A stretch of 63,428 nucleotides of DNA, counting the filler, from Anaerolineae bacterium (lineage in GTDB: Bacteria > Chloroflexota > Anaerolineae > B4-G1 > DUEL01): the NCBI GenBank assembly GCA_041082215.1. It is 7 parts of 7 records of this genome, joined end to end, with 100 filler letters (N's around TTAATTAATTAA, not from the genome) between each part and the next. Parts side by side here need not be neighbours in the genome. Positions count along the whole stretch, not along the records: positions 1 to 22,229 come from JBDOIF010000124.1; 6 more parts are not named here. The stretch is one strand, 5' to 3'. A program made the position numbers and the translations under genes. The first letter of the stretch is position 1, and the number at the start of each line of letters is the position of its first letter. Under the pieces are notes generated by a model, which was given only the letters and a program-made list of their open reading frames with translations, made no database searches and was not told the origin of the DNA. Shown piece by piece: positions 1 through 8,841 of this stretch.

Positions 1-417
1 GCGGTCTACCGGCCGGAGGTGCCCTCCATTCAGTGGCGGAAGGCCGGCCATTACATCACCTTCCAGCCCAATCAGATCGCCGTCAGCAACGTCGAGGACC
101 GGGAGGCGGCGATCCGGGAGGTGGAGGGGCTGGTCAAACTGGTCAACCGCACCTGGGAGCGGCGGGAGGAGATCGAGCCGAGCTACGAAACCCGCCGCCG
201 GCCAACGGCGCTGGAGCTTTACAAACTCCTTCCCCACACCAACTGCAAAGCCTGCGGCGAAGCGTCCTGCTTTGTCTTCGCCAACAAGCTGGCGGCAGGA
301 CAGGTGGAACTGGAACGGTGTACGCCGCTGGCAGAGCCCCAGTACGCTGAGCAGCAGGCACAACTGGCGGAGCTGCTGGCGGTGGACCTGCCGGCCATTG
401 GCCCACGTTCGAAGTGA
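1..417 (+). CDS. Fe-S cluster-binding protein (CdhE/RnfB-type 4Fe-4S domain at C-terminus), 5'-partial
   Basis: Frame open from base 1. C-terminal LYKLLPHTNCKACGEASCFVFA...C motif is typical of this 4Fe-4S domain. Confidence 0.8.
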   Translation, partial: AVYRPEVPSIQWRKAGHYITFQPNQIAVSNVEDREAAIREVEGLVKLVNRTWERREEIEPSYETRRRPTALELYKLLPHTNCKACGEASCFVFANKLAAGQVELERCTPLAEPQYAEQQAQLAELLAVDLPAIGPRSK

Positions 418-431
418 AATCAGGTGGCGCT

Positions 432-746
432 ATGGAAGCTGAACTGCCATCCGCCTGGGTCCGCGACTTTATCCGCAAGCACGGCGGCGTCCTCAACGTC
501 GCCTGGCGGATGGTCTGCCTGGGCTGATGAAACTTCTTCAAAGGCCCGTCCGGTCGGATGGGCAAGCCAGAAAATCCGGAGGACTTTGTCCGCTTCGATG
601 CCGACGGCATGATCGTTTACGTCTCCCGACAGTTGCTGCGGGAGAAGGTGAAGCCCGGCGCGGTCGAGATGCCGTTTTACATTGACGGCTACGGCCGGTT
701 CTGGCTGCGGTTCAGGGAACCGTGGCAGCCTGAACCTGAAACGTAA
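432..746 (+). CDS. Putative small selenoprotein with tandem Sec (CLGUU), HesB-like 'CC/Se motif' type, 104 aa
   Basis: AGGTGG RBS then ATG at 432. MEAELPSAWVRDFIRKHGGVLNVAWRMVCLG is followed by TGA TGA (525-530) and continues in the same frame into the listed 558..746 ORF. A SECIS-like hairpin follows, and the read-through ORF fills the operon gap. Confidence 0.75.
544..563 (+). promoter_or_regulatory. Putative bacterial SECIS element
   Basis: GCCCGUCC-GGUC-GGAUGGGC forms an 8-bp stem (one G-U pair) with a GGUC loop starting 21 nt after the second UGA. This resembles the E. coli fdhF SECIS apical loop. Confidence 0.7.
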
Positions 747-775
747 GACGTCAGGCGTCAGGCGTCAGAGGTGAT

Positions 776-1966
776 ATGCCAAGGATACGGGTTGATCCAG
801 AGGGCCAGATTCCACTCCCCGACAGCCTCCGCCACCGGTACGGCCTGAAAGCCGGGGAGGAGATGCTTCTGGAGGAGACGGAGACGGGGCTGGTGCTCCA
901 CCCCCTCCGGCCCGACGTGCAGAAGGTTTACCTGGAACTGACCACCCGCTGTAACCTTCAATGCCGCACCTGCGTGCGCAACGTTTGGGAAGACCCCCTG
1001 GCCCATATGACCGATGAGACCTTCCGGCGTGTGCTGGAGGGGCTGCGGGAGCTGCCCGAACTGCGGGAGGTCCTCTTCGGCGGCTACGGAGAGCCTTTTG
1101 CCCACCCCCGCTTCCTGGACCACCTGGCCTCGGTCAAAGAGCTGGGGGTCCGGGTGACCGTCAGCACCAACGGCACGCTGCTCGATGAGGAACGGGCGCG
1201 GGCGCTGGTGGAGGTCGGGCTGGATGTCCTGAGCGTTTCCGTGGACAGCGTCCGTCCGGAGACCTTCGCCGACGTCCGGCGGGGGGCGGACCTGCGCACG
1301 GTGCTGGAGAATGTGGAGACCCTGAACCGGATAAAGCGGGAGCGGGAGCGACCCAGGCCGCGGCTTCAGCTGGAGTTCGTCGCCCTGAGGCAAAACATCG
1401 CCGACCTGCCTGCCCTGTCCGACCTGGCGCGTCGGCTGGAGGCCAATCGGGTGCTGGTTACCCACGTCCTGCCCCATACCCCCGAGATGGCCGCCGACGC
1501 CCTCTACGGGCGGGATGAGACGGAGCCCCTTCCCCCCGCCCCGGGCTGGGCCCTGGAGAGCGACGGCTGGCTCCTCTGGGGCATCGTCGAACTTCCGCGG
1601 ATGAACTGGGGGGCGGAGCGGCGATGCCGGTTCGTCGCCGGAAAGGCGCTGGTGGTGGGTTGGGACGGCGGGGTCAGCCCCTGCTATGCGCTCTCCCATA
1701 CCTACCCTTATTACATCTTCGGCCGTCGCAAGAACGTGGCCCGTTACGTCCTGGGCAATGTCAACGAGACCTCCCTGGCCGAGGTCTGGACCTCCGATGA
1801 ATATGTCCGTTTCCGGGCCGAGGTGCGCCGCTTCCATTTCCCCTCGTGCGTGGATTGTGACCTGCGGGAGACGTGCGACATCACCGAGGCCAACGACGGC
1901 TGCTGGGGATGGTGCCCTTCCTGCGCCGACTGCCTCTGGGCGCAGGATATCGTGCGGTGTCCGTAG
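776..1966 (+). CDS. Radical SAM/SPASM protein (tungsten-cofactor oxidoreductase maturase type) with N-terminal AbrB/SpoVT domain
   Basis: N-terminal RVDPEGQIPLPDSLRHRYGL (AbrB-like), CNLQCRTC radical SAM motif, Cys-rich SPASM C-terminus ending CPSCADCLWAQDIVRCP. Confidence 0.8.
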   Translation: MPRIRVDPEGQIPLPDSLRHRYGLKAGEEMLLEETETGLVLHPLRPDVQKVYLELTTRCNLQCRTCVRNVWEDPLAHMTDETFRRVLEGLRELPELREVLFGGYGEPFAHPRFLDHLASVKELGVRVTVSTNGTLLDEERARALVEVGLDVLSVSVDSVRPETFADVRRGADLRTVLENVETLNRIKRERERPRPRLQLEFVALRQNIADLPALSDLARRLEANRVLVTHVLPHTPEMAADALYGRDETEPLPPAPGWALESDGWLLWGIVELPRMNWGAERRCRFVAGKALVVGWDGGVSPCYALSHTYPYYIFGRRKNVARYVLGNVNETSLAEVWTSDEYVRFRAEVRRFHFPSCVDCDLRETCDITEANDGCWGWCPSCADCLWAQDIVRCP

Positions 1967-1972
1967 GCTCTG

Positions 1973-3304
1973 CTACTCTCCAGGTCGGGAAGGAGAGGGG
2001 GAGGAGGTCTCTTTATTCTGCGACCAGCGCCGGATGATCACTTCCATCAGGTCCGATTCCGCAGGAGAGTGGTTATCCGGATCGGGACCGTGGCGGAAGT
2101 TGAAGGCGTCTATCTCCCTCTCCCAGGGCATCCACGCCGGGTCCCAGACCCACAGGGCATAGTTGAGGCCAAGCCGCTCGAAGAGGCCCATCTGGTCGTC
2201 CATAAAGGCGGCTGCGCCTGGCGCCCATCGGACCACACCGAACTCGTTTGCCGCTACAGGAACGGCACAGGTTGCCCTGAAGATGTCCACCGTAGAGAGC
2301 AGGCCCTCCAGCCAGGTCCGGTCGAAGGTCTCCGCATCCCCATCCCAGTCCACATCACACGTACCCGGATAGGCACAGCCGGAAGCGTCTGCCTGCTGGT
2401 GCGTGTACTGGTGAGGGGCGTACTGGTGGATCGTGTAGACCGTGCGCGGGTCGTCGGCTGGCTCCAGGTAGGGGAGCCATTCCACTGCGCTGTACCCCAT
2501 CCCTCCAACCAGGACAGGGGTTTGGGAGTCCTCTTCCCGGATTGCGGCGACGATACGCGGGTAGAGCTGATTCCAGTCGTGGATGGTGTCGCTGTAAAGG
2601 GCATAGAATACATCGGGATTCCAGATGTTCAGGGGATCGGTAGCAGGGTATGCGCCCACCTCGTTGCTGTTCGGTTCGCACATCAGATCGTAGCCGACCA
2701 CGGTAGGGTTATCCCTGTATCGCCGGGCGGTGTAGCGCCACATCTCCACCCAGCCGTCCTGAGCGGCCTGGTCGGCCCAGACCCGGTTGTTGTAGTAGCG
2801 AGGATCGAACCAGCCCTCGTCGGGGTTGCTGGCGGTGTCCTCCCCCCAGAAGGCCCAGAATTCGCTGCGGCCGGGGCCGGTGCGGAAAGTGATGACAGCA
2901 AAGAGGCCGGCCTTTCCGGCCATATCCAGCAGCCGGTCCAGGTTGTCCTGCACATCCGGGTCGAGCCGGTAAGGCGGCTCCTCGGTGAAAAGGCCGGGGT
3001 GAGAGATATTGACGTAGTTGGCTCCCAGGGCAGCCAGGTTGTCGAAGTCCTCCTGGGTGTAGGGGGGGCCGAGCGGGCCGGGGCCGAGGAAGTCGGTGCC
3101 GTCCAGCTCCGGATAGACGCGGCGCTGGTAGATGTTGGCGCCGCGCAGGTGGGGGCCGTCCACCCACAGGCTCCATTCATCCCTGGTGGCCGTGGCGGTG
3201 GGGGTTAACGTCTCTTTCCCGCCAGGCAGGCCGCCGGCGCAGGCCAGGAGAAGGCCGAAGAGGACAGACAGGACGCAGAGGGGAAAAATCCTGTCGGTTT
3301 TCAT
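1973..3304 (-). CDS. Glycoside hydrolase family 5 lipoprotein
   Basis: Likely start MKTDRIF at 3304 with lipobox LLAC and a Thr/Pro linker. YDLMCEP (acid/base Glu), HQY and ANEFG (nucleophile) motifs are present. Confidence 0.8.
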   Translation of the reverse strand: MKTDRIFPLCVLSVLFGLLLACAGGLPGGKETLTPTATATRDEWSLWVDGPHLRGANIYQRRVYPELDGTDFLGPGPLGPPYTQEDFDNLAALGANYVNISHPGLFTEEPPYRLDPDVQDNLDRLLDMAGKAGLFAVITFRTGPGRSEFWAFWGEDTASNPDEGWFDPRYYNNRVWADQAAQDGWVEMWRYTARRYRDNPTVVGYDLMCEPNSNEVGAYPATDPLNIWNPDVFYALYSDTIHDWNQLYPRIVAAIREEDSQTPVLVGGMGYSAVEWLPYLEPADDPRTVYTIHQYAPHQYTHQQADASGCAYPGTCDVDWDGDAETFDRTWLEGLLSTVDIFRATCAVPVAANEFGVVRWAPGAAAFMDDQMGLFERLGLNYALWVWDPAWMPWEREIDAFNFRHGPDPDNHSPAESDLMEVIIRRWSQNKETSSPSPSRPGE

Positions 3305-3318
3305 TGCAAAAATCCTGA

Positions 3319-5244
3319 CTATCGGAGGGGAAAAAGGGCGCAGCCGGCCTGGGGAAGCCTGCCCGAAAGACGGCTCCCCTCCAGGGGCCAGGTGGCATCG
3401 GTGAGGAGATCGGTCGCGGAGGAGAGGGGTGCTGGCAGAGGGAGGGAGAAGGGATGGGGGTGCTCCACGTCCAGGTTGAAGACGCACACCAGCCCCTTTC
3501 CCTCCCGGCGGCGGATCACCGCCCAGACGTGGGGGCTGTCCGTCTCCAGCAGCTCGAAGGTGTTGGGGTGAGGATCGGTGATGAGGTCGGCGTAGCGGGC
3601 ACGGATTGCCAGGGTATGTCGCACCCAGTCCACCAGGTTTGGCTCGTTTTCCCAGCCGTAGGCGGCCTCGCTGAAGAGGGGGAGGACCTCCGCCGGGTAG
3701 CGGGGAAGCTCCTCGGGGGAGAAATCGAGGCCGGTGTTGACCGGCGTCTTTTCCGCCAGCTCGAAGCCGGAGTGGCAGAAGGGGATGGCGGGCAGAAGAC
3801 AGCCCAGCGCCCAGGCCAGCCGGGCGGCAGGCAGGCCGCCGGGCCGGGCGGCAGCGCGAGGGGTGTTGTGGCTCTCCGGCGCGGCGAAAAAGGGCAGGGG
3901 AAGTCCCCGATCCGCCAGCGGACGGAGCAGCCCTTCCACCAGGTGCTCGGGCCGCCAGATCGCCCACCAGTAATTCCCGATGACGCCGTTATACCCCTCT
4001 GCGGACAGCCCGCCATCGTAAGAGAAGGTCTCATCCCAGAAAGCGAAATCGGGGGCGGCCTGCCGCGCCGCTTCGACGATCCGCCGCTTGAGCGCTCCCG
4101 GCAGGGCGTGGCCCATATCCAGCATCGCTCCGTCAATGCCGAACCGGTCCTGATAGAAGGGGAGAATGCCGACGATCCGCTCCCACAGCGGCTCGACCCG
4201 GTTCTCCGGACGGGCCAGCCGCTGGTCGTACATCCGTACCGTGTTGTAGGCGATGTAATTAAAGTCCGGATGGTCGTACAGCCGGAGATAGGTCACGTCG
4301 GTCCAGGGGGGCTGAGGGTCATCAGGAGGCCAGTCAGCGAACGCACCGGGAATCCGTACCCGGCTTCCGTCTGGCAGGACGCCGATCCAGCGGTTCCCCT
4401 CCCTGTGCACGGTTTCGCGCGGCGGGGGCGGGGTGAACATCTGCCGGTAGGCGGGGTGGGGAGGGATGAGGCCCTCCAGGTCTCCCCGTTCCACCTTTCC
4501 CTTGATCTGGCTCAGCTCCTCCGGGGTGAAGAAGGGCGCGCCGTAGGCGTCCTCTCGCACTTCGCCGGGGGCGCGGTCGGGGATGTCGGCCCGGATCCAG
4601 TAGAACCACTCCGGGTGCTCGGCGGCCCAGTCGGCATCGAGGGCAGCAGTGCGGAAGACAAACTCCACCACCACCCGCATCCCCAGGTGGTGGGCGGCCT
4701 GGACAAAGGCGGCGAACTCTACCTCCGGCCCCAACCCCAGGGCTGGCTCTGCCAGGCGGGGATCGAGCCGGTAGGGGTTCTGGATGGCGTAAATGGACCC
4801 CAGGGTCCCTTTGTGACCGTCCTGGCCGACGGCGGTGACCGGAAGTAAGTGGACGGTGTTGAAGCCCATCGCGCGCAGGGTTGGGAGGAGGGCAATGGAC
4901 TTGAGGAAGGTCCCCGTCTCCCGCCACCCGTCCCCGATGGGGGAAAGGGAAAGGCGACCGTCGCCGTCGTGGTCGAAGCCGGTGGTGGCGCGGACCAGCA
5001 GGTTGTACACCACCGCCTGGCGGGACCAGGTGCCGTTGGGGCCGGCAGGGAGCGGGGCAGGGGGACGGGCCAGGATGTGTTCGATCCGCTCCAGGTAGAA
5101 ACAGCAGGGGTTGACGACCCGGCGGCCGAGCGGGCCATCCAGGCCGAACCAGAGGCCAGGGACGGCGTAAGGGAATCCTTCCCCGCATCTCCTCTCCACA
5201 GCCTGCGCCAGGCGGCTGCGGACTTCGCCAAGAGGGTTGACCAC
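3319..5244 (-). CDS. GH13 alpha-amylase family protein, maltosyltransferase-like
   Basis: ETGTFLK, GFNTVHLLP, DGAMLDMGHAL and WDE motifs; 641 aa, similar in size to Thermotoga maltosyltransferase. Confidence 0.8.
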   Translation of the reverse strand: MVNPLGEVRSRLAQAVERRCGEGFPYAVPGLWFGLDGPLGRRVVNPCCFYLERIEHILARPPAPLPAGPNGTWSRQAVVYNLLVRATTGFDHDGDGRLSLSPIGDGWRETGTFLKSIALLPTLRAMGFNTVHLLPVTAVGQDGHKGTLGSIYAIQNPYRLDPRLAEPALGLGPEVEFAAFVQAAHHLGMRVVVEFVFRTAALDADWAAEHPEWFYWIRADIPDRAPGEVREDAYGAPFFTPEELSQIKGKVERGDLEGLIPPHPAYRQMFTPPPPRETVHREGNRWIGVLPDGSRVRIPGAFADWPPDDPQPPWTDVTYLRLYDHPDFNYIAYNTVRMYDQRLARPENRVEPLWERIVGILPFYQDRFGIDGAMLDMGHALPGALKRRIVEAARQAAPDFAFWDETFSYDGGLSAEGYNGVIGNYWWAIWRPEHLVEGLLRPLADRGLPLPFFAAPESHNTPRAAARPGGLPAARLAWALGCLLPAIPFCHSGFELAEKTPVNTGLDFSPEELPRYPAEVLPLFSEAAYGWENEPNLVDWVRHTLAIRARYADLITDPHPNTFELLETDSPHVWAVIRRREGKGLVCVFNLDVEHPHPFSLPLPAPLSSATDLLTDATWPLEGSRLSGRLPQAGCALFPLR

Positions 5245-5256
5245 CAGGCCTCCTTC

Positions 5257-5688
5257 CTATCCCTCCGACAGCTCCCACAACACCAGCCCGCTGGCGGGGT
5301 CCCGCCGCCGCTGTACCCGCCCCGGTTGCACATCCAGGACCACCTCCAGGGTGGGCTGGACGATGCCCTCCACCAGGTGGCCGCCCAGGGTGGAACCGTC
5401 GGCGCGGCCCAGGACGGCGTGGGCATGGACGACGGGGCTTCCGTCCTCCCCCCGGCTCACATTGCCGGTCAGGGTCACCACTTCGACGTATTCCTCCACC
5501 GGCAGATGGCGGTAGGTCTTCGTCCCGGCGTCGAAATAGGCGATGGTCGCCCGTTCGAAGGCGCCGATGGCCGAGAGGGCGGCAAAGCCGATCCCCCGGG
5601 CCTCCGCCCACCCCTTCAGGGAGGCCATGACCTCTTCGCCAGCCTCCAGTCGGATCAGGAACCGTTCTCCCAAGCTCTTGGTCTGCAT
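5257..5688 (-). CDS. PPC/DUF296 domain protein
   Basis: SAIGA, LTGNVS and HAHAVLG...GGHL motifs. Confidence 0.85.
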   Translation of the reverse strand: MQTKSLGERFLIRLEAGEEVMASLKGWAEARGIGFAALSAIGAFERATIAYFDAGTKTYRHLPVEEYVEVVTLTGNVSRGEDGSPVVHAHAVLGRADGSTLGGHLVEGIVQPTLEVVLDVQPGRVQRRRDPASGLVLWELSEG

Positions 5689-5737
5689 CTTTCCCTCCTT
5701 GCACGCCGTCTATTGCGAACCCGGCCATCCGGCTTGG

Positions 5738-5794
5738 CCCTCACCCCACCCCCGCCCGCCTGCAGCGGGGAGGGGGTAGGGGGAGAGGTGAGGG
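5738..5794. repeat. GC-rich CCCTCACC...GGGGAGGGG palindromic element (related sequence at about 52180-52232)
   Basis: Intergenic imperfect inverted repeat ccctcacc...ggtgaggg. Confidence 0.45.
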
Positions 5795-5841
5795 TTGTGC
5801 GGCTATTGGCATAATAATTTGTCAAGCTGCAAAAACTTGTC

Positions 5842-6657
5842 CTACCGCTCGGGGGTTGATCGGATTCTGTCGCGCAGCATCTCCAGCTCTATCTCCGTGC
5901 ATTCTCTCCACTCGCCTGGACCCAGGCCGGATAGCCGAAGCGGCCCGATGCCGATCCGCACCAGCCGGAGAGTGGGATGGCCTACAGCAGCGGTCATCCG
6001 CCGCACCTGCCGCTTGCGCCCCTCGTAGAGGCTCATCCGCAGCCAGGCGGTGGGCACGTGCTTGCGATACCGGATCGGTACGGGCCGGGGCGGCAGGTCT
6101 GGTTCGCGCTCCAGCAGTTCCACCTCCGCCGGAAGGGTACGCCGCCCTTCGATCATCACCCCCTCCCGCAGTGCGGTCAAAGCTTCGTCGGAGGGGACCC
6201 GCTCCACCTGCACCAGGTAGGTGCGGAGGTGGCCGAAGCGGGGATCGGTGAGGCGATGGATCAGCCAGCCATCATCAGTGAGCAGGAGCAGCCCCTCGCT
6301 GTCCCGGTCCAGCCGTCCGGCAGCGTAGACACCTGAGATGGGGATGTAATCGGCCAGGGTGGGACGGCCGAGCCGGTCGGTGAAGTGGCTCATCACCCCG
6401 TAGGGTTTGTGGAAGAGAAGGTAGCGGCAGAAGGGGAGGCGGATAGGGACCCCGTCCAGGGCGATCTTCTGCTGGAGGGGATTGACGCGGGCACGAGTGT
6501 TATGTATCTGACGCCCGTCCACCTGCACCCGCCCCTCCCGGAATGCCCGGGCCGTATCCTCCACGCCGGCGGCCTCCAGCAGCACGGTCAGGAGCTGCCT
6601 CCCGGCCACCCGGCTGATGCAGCTTGGTCGGCTCAGGTTTGGAGAACGGTCGCTCAT
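5842..6657 (-). CDS. rRNA pseudouridine synthase (RsuA/RluE family) with S4-like N-terminus
   Basis: [23 protein letters not shown] and [10 protein letters not shown] motifs; ATG at 6657 overlaps the upstream stop codon (ATGA). Confidence 0.9.
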   Translation of the reverse strand: MSDRSPNLSRPSCISRVAGRQLLTVLLEAAGVEDTARAFREGRVQVDGRQIHNTRARVNPLQQKIALDGVPIRLPFCRYLLFHKPYGVMSHFTDRLGRPTLADYIPISGVYAAGRLDRDSEGLLLLTDDGWLIHRLTDPRFGHLRTYLVQVERVPSDEALTALREGVMIEGRRTLPAEVELLEREPDLPPRPVPIRYRKHVPTAWLRMSLYEGRKRQVRRMTAAVGHPTLRLVRIGIGPLRLSGLGPGEWRECTEIELEMLRDRIRSTPER

Positions 6658-8660
6658 CCTTCCTGGAGCCACTCCCTCAACTCGGTTGGATCGGTCGTGG
6701 GGGGCCGGCAGACCCCCTCCCGGCAGATGTAGGCTGTGGGCCGCCCCTCAACCTGCCCCCGGTCCCTCAGCAGGGGGACGGCAGGGGGTGGGGAGGGGGC
6801 GGCTGCTGCCACCACCTGATGGGGGTGATAGCCAGAGGTGCAGGCTTTGAGCAGCGCCCGGGTACCGGCTGCCTCCAGATCTCCCAGGATTCCGATCTCC
6901 CAGGGGCGGGCGAGGGCATAGTCCAGAGCGATCAGCCACTGACCGAAGCCCAGGGGATACCGCGCCAGCAGCGGCTGGATGGCGCCCAGGCTGCGACGGG
7001 CCATCTCTCCGTAGCGGGGCTTAACGGCCAGCCCTTCCAGCCGCAGGAGGACGGTGGCGGCCATCCCGTTGCCGGAGGGAAGGGCGTTGTCCTGTAACTC
7101 CCTGGGGCGGACAATCAGCGCTTCGTGGTCGTCGCTTGTGTCGAAGAATCCGACGGGAGCGGCGAACCGCTCGACCATCGTTTCGGCCAGCTCCTGTGCT
7201 GGTTCGTACCAGCGAGGGTCGAAGGTGGTCTGATACAGCTCCAGCAACCCTTCAATCAGATGGGCGTAGTCCTCCAGATGGCCATTGCCCCGGACCTTTC
7301 CATCCCTCCAGGAGCGGTACAGGCGGCCGTCGGCGGAGCGGAGCTCCCGGAGGAGGAAGCTGGCGTTTCTTTCGGCGACCTCCCGGTAGTCCTCCCGCCC
7401 CAACACCCGCGCCGCCTCAGCGAAGGCGGCCAGCATCAGCCCGTTCCACGAGGTGAGCACCTTCTCGTCCCGGGCGGGAGGGACCCGCCTCTGCCGCAGT
7501 TCAAACAGCTTCCGGCGGTCTTCTGTCAGCGCTTCCCGCTCTTCGGGCGTGCCGGAGAAGGTGAGGATGTTGCGGCCCTCAAAGTTGCCGTCGGCGGTTA
7601 CGCCGTAGAGCCTGACGAACCGGCCTGCTGCTTCACCCAACACGGTCCGAATCTCATCGAGCGACCAGAGGTAGAACTTGCCCTCTTCCCCTTCGCTGTC
7701 GGCATCCTGAGTGGAGAAGAAGCCGCCGTCCGGGTGGGTCATCTCCCGGGCCACATAGTCGAGGGTCTCCTCGGCAATGGTGCGGAAGAAAGGCTCATCG
7801 GTTACCTGCCAGACGTGCAGATAGACCCGGGCGAGCAGGGCGTTATCGTAGAGCATCTTCTCAAAGTGGGGCACCAGCCAGCGCCCGTCCACCGAGTAGC
7901 GGTGGAAGCCGCCGCCGAGCTGGTCGTAGATTCCCCCGCGGGCCATCCGCCCCAGGGTCTGAGTGACCATTTGCAGCGCCCGGGAGTCGCCCGTGGCGTG
8001 GTGGTGACGCAGGAGGAACTCCAGGACCATCGGCTGAGGGAATTTGGGCGCTTCTCCCCAGCCTCCGTAGATTGGGTCGAAGGCCTGCCAGAGGTTATGG
8101 AAGGCGGTGGCGAGCGTCTCTGGCCGGCAGGTCTCCCCGCCGGGGGCGGAAGCGACGGCCATCCGCTGCTGGATGACGGTGACGACCTCCTGTCCCCCCT
8201 CCTCCAGCTCCTGCCGGCGGTTCTCCCAGGCATCGGCTACCGCCAGGAGCACATCCCGGAAGGCGGGCATTCCGTAGCGGGGTGTGGAGGGGAAATACGT
8301 GCCGCCGAAGAAGGGGATCCCCTCCGGGGTGAGGAAGACACTGAGGGGCCATCCGGCGCTGCCGACCATCGCCTGGACCGCGTGGATATAGACCGCGTCC
8401 AGGTCGGGCCGCTCCTCCCGGTCCACCTTGATCGGGACGAAGTGCTCGTTGATCAGCGCTGCCGTCTCGGGGTCCTCGAACGACTCATGGGCCATCACGT
8501 GGCACCAGTGACAGGCGGCATAGCCAATGCTGAGGAAGATCGGTTTGTCCTCCCGCCGGGCCTTTTCCAGAGCCTCCTCACCCCAGGGGTACCAGTCCAC
8601 CGGGTTATCGGCATGTTGCAGAAGATAGGGGCTGGCCTCACCGGCCAGACGGTTGCTCAT
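6654..8660 (-). CDS. Thioredoxin-domain protein, YyaL/SSP411 family
   Basis: [30 protein letters not shown] and [10 protein letters not shown] motifs. Confidence 0.93.
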   Translation of the reverse strand: MSNRLAGEASPYLLQHADNPVDWYPWGEEALEKARREDKPIFLSIGYAACHWCHVMAHESFEDPETAALINEHFVPIKVDREERPDLDAVYIHAVQAMVGSAGWPLSVFLTPEGIPFFGGTYFPSTPRYGMPAFRDVLLAVADAWENRRQELEEGGQEVVTVIQQRMAVASAPGGETCRPETLATAFHNLWQAFDPIYGGWGEAPKFPQPMVLEFLLRHHHATGDSRALQMVTQTLGRMARGGIYDQLGGGFHRYSVDGRWLVPHFEKMLYDNALLARVYLHVWQVTDEPFFRTIAEETLDYVAREMTHPDGGFFSTQDADSEGEEGKFYLWSLDEIRTVLGEAAGRFVRLYGVTADGNFEGRNILTFSGTPEEREALTEDRRKLFELRQRRVPPARDEKVLTSWNGLMLAAFAEAARVLGREDYREVAERNASFLLRELRSADGRLYRSWRDGKVRGNGHLEDYAHLIEGLLELYQTTFDPRWYEPAQELAETMVERFAAPVGFFDTSDDHEALIVRPRELQDNALPSGNGMAATVLLRLEGLAVKPRYGEMARRSLGAIQPLLARYPLGFGQWLIALDYALARPWEIGILGDLEAAGTRALLKACTSGYHPHQVVAAAAPSPPPAVPLLRDRGQVEGRPTAYICREGVCRPPTTDPTELREWLQEG

Positions 8661-8710
8661 ATGCGCTCTCCCTGGTCAATGCTCAACCGCCCTTTGGGGC
8701 GTTGCCCTCC

Positions 8711-8739
8711 ATTGTACCACGTTGGGCCAATAAAGTCAA
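8711..8739 (-). promoter_or_regulatory. Sigma70-type promoter for the yyaL-like operon
   Basis: TTGACT-17 nt-TACAAT with extended TG on the minus strand. Confidence 0.65.
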
Positions 8740-8772
8740 CGTCAATTTTCCAAAAAGGGGGGGGCGAAGAGG

Positions 8773-8801
8773 TTGCCTTTTCCTCCCCTCCCTGTTACAA
8801 T
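8773..8801 (+). promoter_or_regulatory. Sigma70-type promoter for the acyl-CoA synthetase (divergent)
   Basis: TTGCCT-17 nt-TACAAT with extended TG. Confidence 0.65.
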
Positions 8802-8841
8802 TCGCCCTGTCTACGCCAACTCAAAACTCAGGAGCGACTAC

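Noticed and set aside
558..746. Stand-alone 62-aa ORF, and the overlapping 424..612 ORF
   Set aside because: The ATG at 558 is buried in the hairpin with no RBS and is better explained as the 3' part of the UGA-readthrough gene. 424..612 is an off-frame shadow.
1973..3967. N-terminally extended ORF calls (also 10905..12995, 12692..14050, 32798..34132, 35832..37121, 43557..44849)
   Set aside because: The extensions overlap neighbouring genes. Downstream starts with an RBS or family-typical N-termini fit better.
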